Shown here: positions 62,906-64,000 of the stretch, piece after piece
How positions within the stretch are numbered: the stretch's first letter is position 1
Layout of the letters: the number at the start of each line of letters is the position of its first letter
The notes under the pieces: model-generated
Told to the model about the DNA's origin: nothing
What the model saw: the letters and a program-made list of their open reading frames with translations, nothing else
The model's database searches: none
Source of the DNA: Squalus acanthias
Lineage: Eukaryota
Assembly (NCBI GenBank): GCA_030390025.1
Contig: CM059432.1
Coordinates: forward strand, 104,842,001 to 104,906,000
Length of the DNA: 64,000 bases
Direction: 5' to 3'
Position numbers and translations under genes: made by a program

Positions 62906-63599
62906 TTGTTTATCTGCTTATTTTAGAACCTGTAGTGGGGTTTCTGCACTGACGGTTGGTTCAGTCAGACTTGTTGAATAATGAATGTGTTGTGTTCCAG
63001 TCTCGAGAGTGACTTCAAAGCACAGTGTATTTTGACCTATAAATGCACTTCTTTTTCACACCTACTGTAGATGTAAGAATGAAGCCATTAAAGGGCAGGA
63101 ATTCAGTCGAGTTTGCGTATCCTTGGCATTTCTGACAGTTGTTGCAACGTTGCCAGTAGTTTCAGTAACACAAAGTCATTATTTATGGTTCAGTGAGCAG
63201 TATCTTTTGCATCATTAGCCTATTTTTCAGTTGGTACAGTGTCATTTTGTCTGTTTTTGTAGAGCGTACAACAGGAGATGCAATAATTTCCGAGCCTTAA
63301 AAAAAATTGAAGCTTATTACAGCCAAGCTCAAATTTCTTGCCTGCAAGTAAAATATTTGGTATTTAGATGGAAACGTAAAGCATCTATTATTAATAGTTA
63401 AACTTCCAAGAGCTGTTAAGTTCTGACGGTCTGCATATTTGTGCAACAGAGGTATGTATCAGGTTTGTGTATTCATGCCACTGACCTTTGCTCCTAGCTT
63501 CTGGTTCTATAATTGGCAAGGAGCCAGAGGTGAAGAGTCGAAGGTCAGCACTGTGAATGTACAAGCTGTTCATTCTTGAAGTTAGTTTCTGCTAGTAAA

Positions 63600-63850
63600 A
63601 GTTTAATGTCTTCCAGTTGACACCAGGGTGTGGGTGGTGTTATAATGCCTACATGCAGAAAAAATGTAGTGGTGGAGTACCACTGCGAAATCTGAACTCC
63701 ACGGCATCAGTGTTGGTGCAGCATGATGATGTGTCAAAATGCACTCGACATCCGGGGTGGGATATGGCTTCACGCCTATCATTGCTTCTCTTTTTAATCC
63801 CACCCTCCAACTCAGCTACTGATCTCGGAAAGGAGAAATCTAAGCATTTG
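63600..63850 (-). mobile_element. Ancient SINE (AmnSINE2-like), very diverged. Similar copies at ~22960-23130, ~53360-53650 and ~60010-60345
   Basis: Partial motif matches only. Confidence 0.35.
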
Positions 63851-64000
63851 TATTCTTTTCTGCAGTTGGAGACAAGGATTTAAACACATTGATTGGCTTT
63901 TCTTACTTTTTAGCGTAGTGCTCTTAAGTGTGTGTTCTAGAAAAATCTTGATGGCAGTTTTTTCTGGGTGTGGGTCAGGCACAAACTGTTTAAAGTATAT

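Larger units (their letters stand above)
22448..64000 (-). other. Probable large first intron of the EXT1-family gene (exon 1 outside the window)
   Basis: No ~320-aa ORF resembling EXT1 exon 1 in the ORF track. Vertebrate EXT1 has a very large intron 1. Inferred. Confidence 0.7.

Overview
Eukaryotic, vertebrate DNA. The repeat families recognised from memory (HE1/V-SINE, Deu-type SINE, HER1-type CR1, Penelope) point to a cartilaginous fish. The only host protein-coding sequence I can support is seven minus-strand exons (2-8) of an exostosin-1 (EXT1-family) heparan sulfate polymerase gene between 2806 and 22447. All have GT-AG boundaries, exon sizes of 94/108/120/133/119/96/90 nt and a continuous reading frame. 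Exon 1 and exons 9-11 are outside the window, so 22448-64000 is most simply the large first intron. The rest is intronic DNA packed with CR1 and L2 LINE fragments, several SINE families, a Penelope fragment (GIY-YIG), a decayed Tigger/pogo transposon, Harbinger-like MITEs, a 29-bp minisatellite and candidate conserved non-coding elements. The most interesting observations are: a minimal hammerhead ribozyme with an intact core on the EXT1 pre-mRNA strand; two exact templated-insertion scars; an apparent strand-composition switch near 47 kb, with a candidate antisense spliced exon pair; and a possible EXT1 paralog identity. I found no convincing wholly new biological system. Repeat family names and comparisons to other species come from recall, not from database searches, and repeat boundaries are approximate.
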